Of a DNA stretch of 64,000 nucleotides, positions 1 to 12,622 are shown piece after piece. Positions within the stretch are counted from its first letter, which is position 1, and every line of letters starts with the position of its first letter. This DNA comes from Malacoraja senta (Eukaryota): the NCBI GenBank assembly GCA_038087875.1, contig CM075994.1, positions 3,164,001 to 3,228,000 on the forward strand, read 5' to 3'. The notes beneath the pieces were generated by a model. The model was given only the letters and a program-made list of their open reading frames with translations. It ran no database searches and was not told the DNA's origin. The position numbers and the translations under genes were made by a program.

Positions 1-175
1 TCCCCTGGATGCACGACGATCCTCGCCTGAAGCCGTCCCCTTCCTCCGGCTATAGAACGCTGCCGCCGTTGCGTTCCGGGAACAGGTGCGTGGGGGAATT
101 TTGCATTGCGAAATGGGTTGCGTTGGGGGATCAGGCCTCCCGTGTGACTGGGACCCCACGGGTCCCACTGAGTAA
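1..175 (+). mobile_element. Helitron-like 3' terminal remnant
   Basis: TGGGACCC-cac-GGGTCCCA hairpin at 149-167. The hairpin and its upstream sequence (ggggatcaggcctcccgtgtga) resemble the Helitron 3' end at 58100-58158. The terminal CTAG is absent. Confidence 0.6.
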
Positions 176-309
176 TTTAATTCTATAACATGGACGATTG
201 CTCTGTGTAAATTTCATGTTGTTTCAACCTTTCAGTCTGAAGGAAGTTATAGCAAAGTCTCAATCAATAATTTATTGTAACAGTTGGTTCTTTTCATGTT
301 TCTTTTCAG

Positions 310-345
310 AAATTAAACGATTGGAAGAACGTGTAAAGGATGCAG
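310..345 (+). CDS. Candidate micro-exon, 36 nt, phase 1-1, xIKRLEERVKDA
   Basis: Long pyrimidine tract plus ttttcag acceptor; CAG/gttaga donor; open frame giving a coiled-coil-like peptide. Confidence 0.6.
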
Positions 346-658
346 GTTAGACTAAAAACATGTGTACTGTTTTCGGTCACTAAGAAATCCACCAGAATGT
401 TCGATACACGTGGGCGGGCATGCAACTCTATGTGCACGAAACACATAAACTTATATGGACTTTTATTTATTTATTTGTGCACAAAGGGCCAACATTAATA
501 CAAACATCATACTCCTTTCATACAAACATCATGCGTCGGTCACTAGATGCGTTTACATTATGTTACATGTCGTGCCTGTTGCTTGAGACACATCGGGTTG
601 AAGGAAACTGGGCTCGCCTTCGCTTTGCGGCTTTACGCTACTGGCATATCTGGCACAC

Positions 659-858
659 NNNNNNNNNNNNNNNNNNNNNNNNNNNNNNNNNNNNNNNNNN
701 NNNNNNNNNNNNNNNNNNNNNNNNNNNNNNNNNNNNNNNNNNNNNNNNNNNNNNNNNNNNNNNNNNNNNNNNNNNNNNNNNNNNNNNNNNNNNNNNNNNN
801 NNNNNNNNNNNNNNNNNNNNNNNNNNNNNNNNNNNNNNNNNNNNNNNNNNNNNNNNNN
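659..858. other. Assembly gap (200 N)
   Basis: Run of N. Confidence 1.
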
Positions 859-1028
859 AAATGGCAAACCCAGAAATCTTTTCCAGAGGGCCTGTACATA
901 ATCTGTGGATATGATCTCGTATTAAAGGGGAGAGAAATGCTCATCTGTCTACTGTTTTCTCATGTCATATATTTTGTTGTTTTTCTACCAATTTGAAAAC
1001 TTTGCATTGCTTTGGTTGCATTGTACAG

Positions 1029-1055
1029 AAGAAGAACGAATGCTGCAAAAAACAG
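1029..1055 (+). CDS. Candidate micro-exon, 27 nt, phase 1-1, EEERMLQKT
   Basis: ttgtacag acceptor; CAG/gtaacg donor; purine-rich open frame. Confidence 0.6.
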
Positions 1056-1149
1056 GTAACGGGAGAAACCAAGCTTACTATGTTTTCTTTAAAGGCAAAA
1101 AAAGGCAATGTTTATTTTAAAAGCAAATAAAGACAGAACATTAGAAATG

Positions 1150-4100
1150 CGTGCAATCAAGGTAAACAGTTATAATGGGTGACTTCAATCTACATATAGG
1201 TTGGGTGAATCAAATTGGCTGGGGTGCTGAGGAAGATGATTTCTTGGAATGTATGCGGGATAGTTTTCTAAACCAACATGTAGAGGAAACAACGAGAGAA
1301 CAGGCTATTCTAGACTGGGTATTGACTAATGAGGAAGGGTTAGTTAGCAGTCTTGTTCTGCGTGGCCCCTTGGGCAAGAGTGACCATAATATGGTTGAGT
1401 TCATCATTAGGATGGAGAGTGACATTGTTAATTCAGAAACAAGGGTTCTGAACTTAAAGAAAGGTAACTTTGAGAGTATGAGACGTAAATTGGACAAGAT
1501 TGACTGGCAATTGATTCTTAAATGGTTGACGGTGGATATGCAATGGAAGGCAGTTAAAGACTGCATGGATGAACTACAACAATTGTTCCTCCAAGTTTGG
1601 CAAAAGAATGAATCAGGGAAGGTAGTGCATCCGTGGATAACAAGGGAAATCGGGGATAGTATCAAAACAAAAGATGATATGTAAAAATTAACCAGAAAAA
1701 GCAGCCCACCAGAGAACTGGTAGAAATTAAGAGTCCAGCAGAGGAGGACAAAGGGGTTACTAAGGAAAGGGAAAATAGATTATGAAAGAACACTGGCAGG
1801 GAACATAAAAATTGACAGCAAAAGTTGTTATAGATATGTGAAGAAAAAGAGATTAGTTAAAACAAATGTAGGTCCCTTGCAGTCAGCAACAGGTGAATTG
1901 ATCATGGGGAGCAAGGACATGGCAGACCAATTGAATAACTACTTTGGTTCTGTCTTCACTGTGGAAGACATAAATAATCTGCCGGAAATAGCAGGGGACC
2001 GCGGGTCAGATGAGATGGAGGTACTGAGTGAAATCCAGGTTAGCCGGGAAGTGGTGTTAGGTAAATTGAATGGATTAATGACCGATAAATCCCCAGGGCC
2101 AGATAGGATGCATCCCAGAGTACTTAAGTAAGTAGCCCCAGAAATAGTGGATGCATTAGTGATAATTTTTCAAAACTTCTTAGATTCTGGAGTAGTTCCT
2201 GAGGATTGGAGGGTAGCTAATTTAACCCCACTTTTAAAAAAGGGAGGGAGAGAGAAAACGAGGAAGTACAGACCAGTTAGTCTAACATCGGTAGTGGGGA
2301 AACTGCTAGAGTCAGTTATTAAAGATGGGATAGCAGCACATTTGGAAAGTGGTGAAATCATTGGACAATATCAGCATAGATTTACGAAAGGTAAATCATG
2401 TCTGACGAATCTGCTAGAATTTTTCGCGCATGTAAATAGTAGATTGGATAAGGAGAACCAGTGGATGTGTTATACCTGGACTTTCAGAAGGCTTTCGACA
2501 AGGTCCCACATAAGAGATTAGTATACAAACTTAAAGCACACTGTATTGGGGGTTCAGTATTGATGTGGATAGAAAACTGGCTGGCAAACAGGAAGCAAAG
2601 AGTATTTTCAGAATGGCAGGCAGTGACTAGTGGTGTACCGCAAGGCTCAGTGCTGGGACCCCAGCTATTTACAATATATATTAATGATTTGGACGAGGGA
2701 ATTGAATGCAAGATCTCCAAGTTTGCGGATGACACGAAGCTGGAGGGCAGTGTTAGCTGTGAGGAGGATGCTAGGAGGCTGGAAGGTGACTTGGATAGGC
2801 TGGGTGAGTGGACAAATGCATGTCAGGTGCAGTATAATGTGGATAAATGTGAGCTTATACACTTTGGTGGCAAAAACGGGAAAGTAGACTATTATCTAAA
2901 TGGTGGCCGATTAGGAAAAGGGGAGATGCAACGAGACCTGGGTGTCATGGTACACCAGTCATTGAAAGTAGGCAGGTACACAAAAATGCTGGAGAAACTC
3001 TTCTATGGAGCGAAGGAAATAGGCAACGTTTCGGGCCGAAACCCTTCTTCAGACTGATAGGGGGTGGGGAGAAGAAAGGAAAAAAGGAAAAAGGCGGAGG
3101 AGGAGCCCGAGGGCTGGGGGAGGGGAGGAGACAACCAGAGGGCTGATGGAGGGGAGGGGACAGCAAGGGCTAGCAGAATTGGGGGAATTCAATGTTCAAG
3201 CCCCCAGGATGTAGACTGCCCAAGCGGAATATGATGTGCATTTCCTCCAATTTACGGTGTTGCTCGCTGTGGCGATGGAGGAGACCCAGGACAGAGAGGT
3301 CAGATACGGAATGGGAGGGAGAGTTGAAGTGCTGAGCCACCGAGAGGTCAGGTTGGTTATTGCGGACCGACGGGAGGTGTTCGGCGAAACGATCGCCAAG
3401 CCTCCGCTTGGTCTCACCGATGTAGATCAGCTGGCATCTAGAGCAGCGGATGCAATAGATGAGGTTGGAGGAGATGCAGGTGAAAGTAGGCATGCAGGTG
3501 CAGCAGGCAGTGAAGTAAACGAATGGTATGTTAGAATTCATAGCAAAAGGATTTGAGTATCGGAGCAGGGAGGTTCTAGCGCAGTTGTACAGCGTCTTGG
3601 TGAGACCACACCTGGAGTATTGCGTACAGTGTTGGCCTCCAAATCTGAGGAAATACATTATTCCCATAGAGGGAGTACAGAGAAGGTTCACCAGACTGAT
3701 TCCCGGGATGTCAGGACTTTCATATGAAGAAAGACTGGATAGACTCGGCTTGTACTCGCTAGAATTTAGAGGATTGAGGGGGAATCTTATAGAAACTTAC
3801 AACATTCTTAAGGGGTTGGACAAGCTAGATGCAGGAAGATTGTTCCCGATGTTGGGGAAGTCCAGGACAAGGGGTCACAGTTTAACTGTAAAGGGGAAAT
3901 CCTTTAAGACCGAGATGAAAAAATCATTTTCACACAGAGAGTGATGAATCTCTGGAACTCTCTGCCACAGAAGGTAGTTGAGGCCAGTTCATTGGCTATA
4001 TTTAAGAGGGAGTTAGATGTGGCCCTTGTGGCTAAAGGGATCAGGGGGTATGGAGAGAAGGCAGGTACAGGATACTGAGTTGGGTGATCAGGCATGATCA

Positions 4101-4175
4101 TATTGAATGGTGGTGCAGGCTCAAATGGCCGAATGGCCTACTCCTGCACCTATAATCTATGTTTCTATGTTTCTA
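1150..4175 (+). mobile_element. 5'-truncated CR1 LINE (end of APE endonuclease plus RT), disrupted and interrupted by a Penelope fragment
   Basis: ORF fragments MGDFN..., [46 protein letters not shown]; in-frame stops; (CTATGTTT)n 3' tail. Confidence 0.95.
2975..3480 (-). mobile_element. 5'-truncated Penelope-like fragment (GIY-YIG plus 3' pseudo-LTR) inserted in CR1
   Basis: CISSNLIYCIRCSRCQLIYIGETKRRL...; matches the 3' end of the 26.5-36.3 kb array; flanked by direct repeat TGAAAGTAGGCA (2963-2974, 3481-3492). Confidence 0.93.
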
Positions 4176-4179
4176 AAAG

Positions 4180-4270
4180 CAGACCGTGAGGGTACTCAGT
4201 GGGTCAGGCTGTATCCATGGAGGGAAATGGACAGTGCACGTCGAGGCGATTATTCAGACTGCTGAAGGTG
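4180..4270 (-). repeat. Degenerate Penelope pseudo-LTR-derived short repeat
   Basis: actcagtgggtcaggc...ttcagactg resembles the reverse complement of the pLTR/hammerhead region. Confidence 0.5.
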
Positions 4271-4974
4271 AGGAGAGGTATTTGTTGAAAGCGGTGACGG
4301 GAGGGGCTGACAACATAAACAAATAGTGAATCCTTACAGAAATACAGCGAAACGCATGAAATATTCGCCATTGTGAAGAAGAGCCATAATTCCGGACAGC
4401 TGCACGTGGAATTTTAACGAGGATCGTATTTTGTTGTGAAGTATGATAAACTTACTCATCGGCAGATTTCGAGCCGAGTAAAATATGGAATTGGATGATT
4501 ACCAAATATTATGCTCTGCTGTGGGACAGCATGCACAATCAATGCACGACTCAATTAATAACATACGACTTACTGCCGCCAAAGCGAAACTTGGCCCACA
4601 GGCTGAGCCCTGCGGAATTGCCATCGCTTTATTGTAGACATCCGACGAGACACACTGTGGGCTCCACGGTCTTCATGTATAAGCACTGATTTCCCATCTG
4701 ATAATTTTCTTTCATGAAAATTGCAAGAAACTGTGGCAATTGAAAGTGGGCAATGTGTTGACAACCATCCCTCTGTAAGTGCACGCGTTCTACTATTCAT
4801 ACAATATTGCAGTCATTGATTGTTTATAGAATTGAATAGTAAAACGATTTTCCAAAAGGAAAGTATAATTCAAAACACATGAATAACCAATGGAAAATTC
4901 GTTCCAATAAGAATAAGTTAAATCAATGGTGAGAAAAATAAAACATACTTTCTGATTCATCTTCGAATCTTTTT

Positions 4975-5180
4975 TCCACGAATGAATGGGTGTTCGTAAT
5001 ACGCGCTTAGTAATTAAAAAAAATTACACTTTTTTAATTGTTAATCATTTTTAATCAATTCAGATTCAATGGAAGTGAAATGAGGGAGATATTAATATGA
5101 GAGAGATTGGGTAGTAATTTAATAAAAAGTGTAATTTTAAATTACTAAGCGTGTATTATGAACCCCAGTTCATTCGTAGA
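4975..5180. mobile_element. MITE-like foldback element
   Basis: ~60-bp imperfect inverted arms (cgaatgaatggg...cttagtaatt...aaattacacttttt / aaaaagtgtaatttt...aattactaag...ttcattcg). Confidence 0.6.
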
Positions 5181-5184
5181 ATGA

Positions 5185-5305
5185 GTCATAGTCATAGTCA
5201 TACAGTGTGGAAACACGCCCGTCGGCCCATTCTGCCCACACCATGCAACATGCCCCATTTACAATAGACCTCCCTGCCTGCATTTGGTTCACATCCCTCT
5301 AAACC
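5185..5305 (-). mobile_element. CR1 3' tail fragment
   Basis: (GTCATA)n followed by tggaaacacgcccgtcggccca, similar to the CR1 tail at 6415. Confidence 0.65.
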
Positions 5306-5328
5306 TAAAATGTTGTTTTTATATATAG

Positions 5329-5355
5329 ATGTTGATCTTTGTCGCAAGAGATGCA
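5329..5355 (+). CDS. Candidate micro-exon, 27 nt, phase 1-1, DVDLCRKRC
   Basis: gttgtttttatatatag acceptor; consensus gtaagt donor; open frame. Confidence 0.5.
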
Positions 5356-5974
5356 GTAAGTTTTTTTTTCCGATTTCATTTTGGCGTATGTTTGTAGCAA
5401 ATCAATGTTCCGCACGTTCGACACGCCTTTAAAATGATTTTTTAACGTAAAATATATGCTCAATTTTTAATACACCACATACTGTCCTGTCGACTAAATT
5501 TTGTTTTCTTTGTTCATTTTAATCAGGTCGCTCATATAGAAACAGATTATTCGCAGATCCGTCATATCCATTGAGGCAATTGCAATGAAACACCAATTAG
5601 AACATATGCTATTCGCGTGACCACTGCACACTACCGTATGTTGATTCGTTATACAATTAATTGGCATGGTTGATCTTTGAAGTGGGGAATCAGTTGTTAG
5701 CATTCGTTTCTATGTAACAGCACTCAATTAAGAACATAAAATATAATGTTGCTATCATACAACCAAGATGGGGGGTTTTCCATCGGAAAACTCAAACGCA
5801 TCATTAAAAATATATGACGACACAGCATTTTCCCAACTGCCATTAACGATAATAGTTTGTATTCTTATATATCATTGAAATTCTATCGCCCAATGGAAGT
5901 AGTTCCACACAATATCACGACTCTCGAAATAAGATGTCAAACAATTCAGCATGTCAACAATACAGAGCAATAGA

Positions 5975-6410
5975 AATGAAGGCAGTGAAAAGGCAGATGA
6001 AGCTTAATGTGAATACGTGTCAGATGTTGCTTTGGGAAGTCAAATGTAAGAGGTAAGTACGCACGAACTGGCCGGACACTCAGTAGCATTGGCGTACAAA
6101 AGGGTCTTGGAAATAAGGTCATGAGGTCAAACGTGATAGGAATGGGAATTAGGCCATTCGGCCCATCCACTCCGCATTCAATAATGGTTGGTCTATCTCT
6201 CCATCCGAACCCCATTCTCTGGTCTTCTCCCCATAACTTCTGACATATGTACTAATCAAGAAGCTACCTACCTCTGCCAAAAATATATCCACTGACGGCC
6301 TCCAGAGCCTTCTGTGGCAAAGAAATCCACAGATTCACCATCCTCCGACTGAAGAAATGTCTCAACATCTCTGTCCTAAAAGAACGTCCTTTAATTCTAA
6401 GGCCACGATC
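5975..6410. mobile_element. Two decayed CR1 fragments (+ strand RT piece ~5975-6110; - strand 3' end ~6115-6410)
   Basis: Decayed QMKLNV...FGKSN on +; on -, LRIKGRSFRTEM...VNLWISLPQKA plus 3' UTR. Confidence 0.7.
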
Positions 6411-6414
6411 TCGA

Positions 6415-9040
6415 GTCATCGAGTCATAGAGCGATACAGTCTGGAAACAGGCCCTTCGGCCCATCTCGCCCACACCGGCCAACAATGTCCCAGCTACACT
6501 TGTCCCACTTGCCTACGCTTGGTCTATATCCCTCCAAACCGGTCTTATCCATGTAACAAAAGAAATAACTGTGGACTTCAGGAAGAAACAGACAGCACAC
6601 ACCCCACTCACCATAAATGGCAGTGCAGTGGAGTCTGTGAAAAGCACCAAGTTCCTGGGAGTGCACATCACAGATGATCAGACATGGTCCACCAACACCA
6701 TCTCCCTAGTCAAGAAAGCACAGCAACGCCTCCACTTCCTTCGACGGATGAGGAGAGCCGACCTCCCCCCTTCTGCACTCACCACTTTTTACAGGGGTGC
6801 CCTTGAGAGCATTCTTACCAGCAGTCTCTCATTCTGGTATGGCAGTTGCTCTGCTGCTGACCAGAAGGCCCTACAGAGAGTGGTGAGGACAGCGGAGAAG
6901 ATCGCTAGATCACTCCAACCAGCAATCCAGGACTTATACCCATCTCGCTGTCGCAAGAGAGCAACCAATATCATCAAAGACACCACCCACCCAGCACAAA
7001 AACTGTTCACCCTCCTACCATCCGGCAAGCGCTACCGCAGCATGCGGAGCAAAACCACCAGATTCAAAAACAGCTTTTTGCCTCAGGCCATCAGACTACT
7101 CAACACACTCAAGAAAATTCCATGAACATTACACAAACAAAGACCAACTGACTGTCAAATTAACTTTAACTCAATGTCTGCAGTATGCTATTTGCACTTT
7201 TCTATATTGCACCTTTTATTATTGCACCTTAATAACATACCTCAACATGTTACTACACTCTGGCACACTGTGAATATTTTATATAATGTATATGTCCATT
7301 GTCTATCTTTATTGGTATATTGTCTGTCTATGTTATAAATATTACTTGCACATTGGAGTATGGGGAAACGCAATTTCAATCCTCTGTGTAACTGCTTGTT
7401 GCATTATTTGAATTGACAATAAAGTTTACTTTTACATTACTTTACCTGCCTAACAGTTTTTAATGGATGGCATCGCCCCAGCTCCTCTGGCGGCTTGTTC
7501 CATACACCCACCGCCCTTCGTTGGGAGAATTTAGCCCAGGGATTCCTACTAAATCTATACCCCTTCACCATGAATCTATGTTCCCTGGTCCGCGATTCCT
7601 CTACTCTGGGCAAAAGACACTGTGCATCCACCCGATTTATTCCTCTGATGCTTTTCTATATATCTGTAAGATCAGCCCTGATCCTCCTGCGCTCCAAGGA
7701 ATAAATACCCAGCTTACTCAACCTCTCCGTATAGCCTACATCCTATAGTCCTGGCAATATCCTTGTAAATTTTCTCTGAACCCTTTCAAGCTTGACAATA
7801 TATTTCATATTGTCAGGTGCCTGAACTGAACACAACATTTTAATGCGGTCACACCAACGTCTTATGCAACTGCATCATGAGTTCTCAACGTCTATACTCA
7901 ATATTTTGTCTGATGAAGGCTAAAGTGCCAAAAGCCTTTTTGAGCACCTTACAGTATCTACCTGCGACTCGACCTTCAAGGAACCATGCACCTGTATTCC
8001 TGGATCCCTCTGTTCCACAATTCTACCCGGAGGCCTACCATTTACTGTGCAGGACTTGCCCTTGTTCGACGACCCTAATTGCAACACCTCACACTTTTCT
8101 GTATTAGAACCCATCAATCATTATTCCGATCACCTGGCCAATAGACCCAGATCCTGCTGCAATATTTCACAACCATATTCACTATCTGCAAAACCACTAT
8201 TTTTTCATCATTAACAAACTTGCTAATCTTGCCTTGTATGTCCTCATCCAAATCAATGATGTAGAAGACAAACAGTAATATGCCTAACACTGGACCCTGG
8301 GGCACACTACACGTCACAGGCCCACAGTCCGAGAAGCAATCTTCCACAATCGCCCTCTGCTTCCCTCCATGGAGTCAATTTGCTATCCGTTCAGCTATCC
8401 CGCCTTGGATCCCATGCGACCTAACGTTCCAGAGCACCCTACCATGCGGAACCTTGTAGATGTACACAACATCTACAGCTCTGCCCTCATCAACCTTTTT
8501 GGTCACGTCTTCAAAAACATCAATCAGATTTGTGAGACACGACCTCCCACATACAAAACCATGCTGATGATCCCTAAACAGCCTTTGCCCATCCAAATGC
8601 CTGTATAACCTATCCCTCAGAATACTATACAGTAACTTACCAAGTACAGATGTTAAGCTCAGCGGCCTATACTTCCCAGGATTTCCCTGCAGCCCTTCTT
8701 GAAAAGGGATACAACATTTGCCACCCTCCAGTCTTCCCCCACATCTCCTTTATTTAAGAAAGACATGTAAATTTCAACCAGGGCTCCCGCAATTTCCTCT
8801 CTATTTTCCCACCTTGTCCTCGGATATATATCATCGGGCTTAAGAGATTAATTTACCTTCCAACATGACAGTACGTTCAGTACTTATTCGATGGTAACCC
8901 TGACTTCTCTCAAGACTGTGACTGCTTCCTGTGACTGCTCCAATATCCTCCGCCCTATTGTCTTTATTTTCGATGAATACATAAGAGAAATACTTGATCA
9001 GTACCTTGCCCATCTCCTGTGGCTCCACACAGAAGTGACC
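6415..9040 (-). mobile_element. Decayed CR1 LINE interrupted by a Rex/Babar fragment in its 3' UTR
   Basis: Fragments QHGFVCGRSCLTNL, VPQGPVLG, CEVLQLG; the 3' UTR is split at ~6552/7441. Confidence 0.88.
6553..7440 (+). mobile_element. Rex1/Babar-type LINE 3' portion
   Basis: Open ORF 6571-7125 with KFLGVHIT..W..N..LVKKAQQRLHFLRR..TFYR..ESIL..WYG..LPSGKRYRS; 3' UTR ending aataaa plus short-repeat tail. Confidence 0.85.
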
Positions 9041-9049
9041 GCTTTGATT

Positions 9050-9665
9050 CCTAGACTCTCCCCTATTGGAAACATTATCTTCGCATCCACTCCATGCAAG
9101 ACTTTCACTCTCATGTATGTTTCAATTAGGTGCCCCCTCATTCTTCTAAACTCCAGCGAGTACAGGCCCAGTACGCACAAACGCCCATCATAGGTTAACC
9201 AACCCATTTCTGGAATTATTCTTGTAAACCGCCTCTGGACCTTCCCAAGAGCCAACATATCCATTGTGTAGTTCCATGCCTGCCTAGAATTTTCATCACA
9301 GTGGCAAAGAAGGCATGTGGCATATATCCCTCCATCCGTCAGGTTTTGCGTATAACAAAGGAAAGCCACGTTACAGCTCTTTTCCATTTTGAATGAGCTA
9401 CATCAAGAGCACTGCTGCATTTATGGTCACCACAATACCGAATGTACTGTCGGTATCATCGAGGGTGCAGAGAATGTTTCCCGCGTTTGTTCCTGGTACA
9501 GAAAATATTAAATACAAGGAGAGTTTAGATAACCTTGGTGTATTAAATGGAGCGTCAGATGCTGAGAGCAGACTTACTATAAGACTATAATATAAAAGAG
9601 GCGTAGATTCGTCCAGGTGAAATGGTTAATTCAACATGGCGTACTTGTATTGTGAGAGGGAAGAC
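9050..9665. mobile_element. Old CR1 fragments (- strand ~9050-9270; + strand ~9460-9665)
   Basis: VQRRFTRIIPEM...LGLYSLEFRRMRG on -; degenerate VQRMF...YKESLDNLG on +. Confidence 0.6.
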
Positions 9666-10024
9666 AGTTTAAAGGTCGTTAATGAGGGATAGAGAGATTG
9701 GAGGGTCCGACAACACGTATGTTGATGGTGCTGGAATATGTTGTGTCGAAGTTATGGATTTTGGAGCATGAGATCAGATCGTCAGTATCTTTCAAGATGT
9801 GAACAACGAACCCATGGAGGGCATTTTCCATAGCTTGGCCATGAAGTCTCCGGTTAGAGTTCAGTTCATGACGGCCCAGTAGTTCCTTTCGAAATTATAA
9901 ATGTACCAATCAGAAAGAATGCACACTGAAATGAAGTCAAATATTTGGGGCTGCATTTCATACAGAGCCACAAACACCAGCTAGTAATTCAGTCTAATAG
10001 TATTTTGTGGTTATATTTTTATAG

Positions 10025-10051
10025 GAGAACAAACCCGTACTAAGGACACAG
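10025..10051 (+). CDS. Candidate micro-exon, 27 nt, phase 1-1, xEQTRTKDT
   Basis: atatttttatag acceptor; CAG/gtaata donor; open frame. Confidence 0.6.
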
Positions 10052-10669
10052 GTAATACTATTGCCAGTGCTGTTCGTGGAGAAACACTAATCGTAAATGC
10101 GTTAAAATCAAAATGTCTGCTACCCAATAACCGGTTCCTCCAGTGGATGGGAATGGTGATAAGATACTTGTGTTGCGATATCAATTAGTTACCTATAAAA
10201 TCACTCAGATATCACTCGCTTTGACAACTTCCACACCAACATTAATTTCAAATTAAACGCGATCCCTTATATAATAAGCGAGAACTCTCAATCTTAATTA
10301 CACAGTGATATAATTAAATAACGCTACCTTATATCTGCTTGACTAGGCTAAAACAAGTTAATTTACCGTTTACTCATCATGTATTACTTTATCTCTGTTT
10401 AATTCTAATTATTCACATTTTGTAGGTGTACTATGAAATTATTTACGATAATAATAGCACGTGGCAAAACTTGCTTTAGCAGTCCAGCAAAATGTTATTC
10501 TGGAAAACATATATAGCATTTCAAACATTTAACATGGAGCTAAAGATATTGATGATCAAAATAAATTTATGAAATCGATACTCGAGATCAATCAATTTTT
10601 TAATATCTTTTTAAAGTAATGTTTATTAGTAAAAACTAAAATAAATGTTATCTTGTTTACCGCTTCCAG

Positions 10670-10705
10670 AACTGGCATCACTTAACGAGACTGTTCAACT
10701 TTTGG
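10670..10705 (+). CDS. Candidate micro-exon, 36 nt, phase 1-1, ELASLNETVQLL
   Basis: tcttgtttaccgcttccag acceptor; G/gtgaga donor; open, amphipathic frame. Confidence 0.6.
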
Positions 10706-10924
10706 GTGAGAAAACTTTAGTGATGTTTGCACTTATTATCACTTTCACCAGTACATCGGTAAATCGATTATTTTACTTCGATTTTCTCTTTTTTGTTACC
10801 AACAAAAGTGATGCATATACTATTACGAAAGACAGCAGTTGAACATACGGGGGTCAATGCGGGAATTCTGCCCGCATTGTAGCAAGCAGCGAACTCCCTC
10901 AATCATCGAAACGGTATGTTCCAT

Positions 10925-12622
10925 TCCATAACCATATAACCATATAACCATATAACCATTACAGCACGGAAACAGGCCATCTCGGCCCTTCAAGTCCGTG
11001 CCGAACATTTTTTTAAATTTAATTATTATTATTGTTTTTAAATAAATACTTCCCCCTAGTCCCATCTACCTGCACTCAGACCATAACCCTCCATTCCTTT
11101 CCCGTCCATATACAATCCAATCTATTTTTAAAGGGTAAAATCGAACCAGCCTACACCACTTCCACTGGAAGCTCATTCCACACAGCTACCATTAAGAAGT
11201 TCCCCCTAATGTTACCCCTAAATTTCTGTCCCTTAATTCTCAAGTTATGTTCCCTTGTTTGAATCTTCCATACTCTCAATGGAAAAAGCGTATCCACGTC
11301 AACTCTGTCTAACCCGCTCATAATTGTAAAGACCTCTATCAAGTCCCCTCTTAACCTTCTGCGCTCCAAAGAATAAAGACCTAACTTAGTTGCTGAAACC
11401 CAGGCCACATTCTAGTAAATCTCCTCTGTACTCTCTCTATTTTGTTGACATCCTTCCTATAATTAGGCGACCAAAATTGTACTCCATACTCCAGAATTGG
11501 CCTCACCAATGCCTTGTACAATTTTAACATTACATCCCAACTTCTATATTCAATGCTCTTATTTATAAAAGCCAGCACCCCAAAAGCTTTCTTTACCACC
11601 CTATCTACATGAGATTCCACCTTCAGGGAACGATGCACAGTTATTCCTAGATCCCTCTGTTCAACTGCATTCCTCAATTCTCTACCATTTACCATGTACG
11701 TCCTATTTTGATTTGTCCTGCCGAGATGTAGTACCTCACATTTATCAGCATTAAACTCCATCTGCCATCTTTCAGCCCACTCTTCCAAATGGCCCAAATC
11801 TCTCTGTAGACTTTGAAAATCTACTTCATTATCCACCACACCACCTATCTTAGTATCAACTGCATACTTACTAATCCAATTTTCCACACCATCATCCAGA
11901 TCATTGATGTACATGACAAACAACAGTGGACCCAACACAGACCCCTGAGGCACCGCACTAGTCACTGGCCTCCAACCTGACAAACAGCCATCCACCTTTA
12001 CTCTCTGGCATCTCCCATTCAGTCACTGTTGAATCCATCTTGCAATTGAATCTTCTTAACCAACCTTCCACGAGGAACCTTGTCAAAGGCCTCGTGGAAT
12101 TGGCCATATAGACAACATCCACTGTTTACCCTCATCAATTTCCCTAGTAACCTCTTCGACAAATTCTAGAAGATTAGTCAAACATGACCTTCCAGGCACA
12201 AATCCATGTTTACTGTTCCTTACCAGACCCTGCTTATCCAGATGCTTATATATATATTATCTTTAAGTATCCTTTCCATTAATTTTCCCACCACTGACGT
12301 CAAACTAACAGGTCTATAATTGCTAGGTTTACGCTTAGAACCCCTTTTAAACAACGGAACAACATGCGCAGTACGACAATTCTCCGGCACTATTCCCGTT
12401 TCTAATGAAATTTGAAATATTTCTGTCATAGCCCCTGCTATTTCTACACTAACTTCCCTCAATGTCCTCGGGAATATCCTGTCAGGACCTGGAGACTTAT
12501 ACGTTTTCATATTTTTCAAAAGTGTCCGCACCTCCTCTTCTTTGAATCTCATAGTTTCCATTGCTACTCTGCTTGTTTCCCTTACCTCACATAATTCCAT
12601 ATCCTTCTCCTTGGTGAATACC
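10925..12622 (-). mobile_element. 5'-truncated CR1 LINE (RT) with internal deletions
   Basis: ORFs 12220-12624, 11381-11995 and 11151-11408 with CR1 RT motifs; (ACCATATA)n tail; same subfamily as 47866-49584. Confidence 0.93.

Noticed and set aside
420..996. ORFs around 659-858 (and around 49585-49784)
   Set aside because: Open only because they read through N gaps
4466..4745. Weak exon candidates 4466-4477 and 4728-4745 (similarly 10144, 21856, 23380, 38233, 52321)
   Set aside because: Weak splice sites or unresolved phase; cannot be distinguished from chance by eye
9966..9983. 18-nt exon candidate (EPQTPA)
   Set aside because: Leaves a 41-nt intron before the stronger 10025 exon, too short for co-inclusion; it could only be a mutually exclusive alternative
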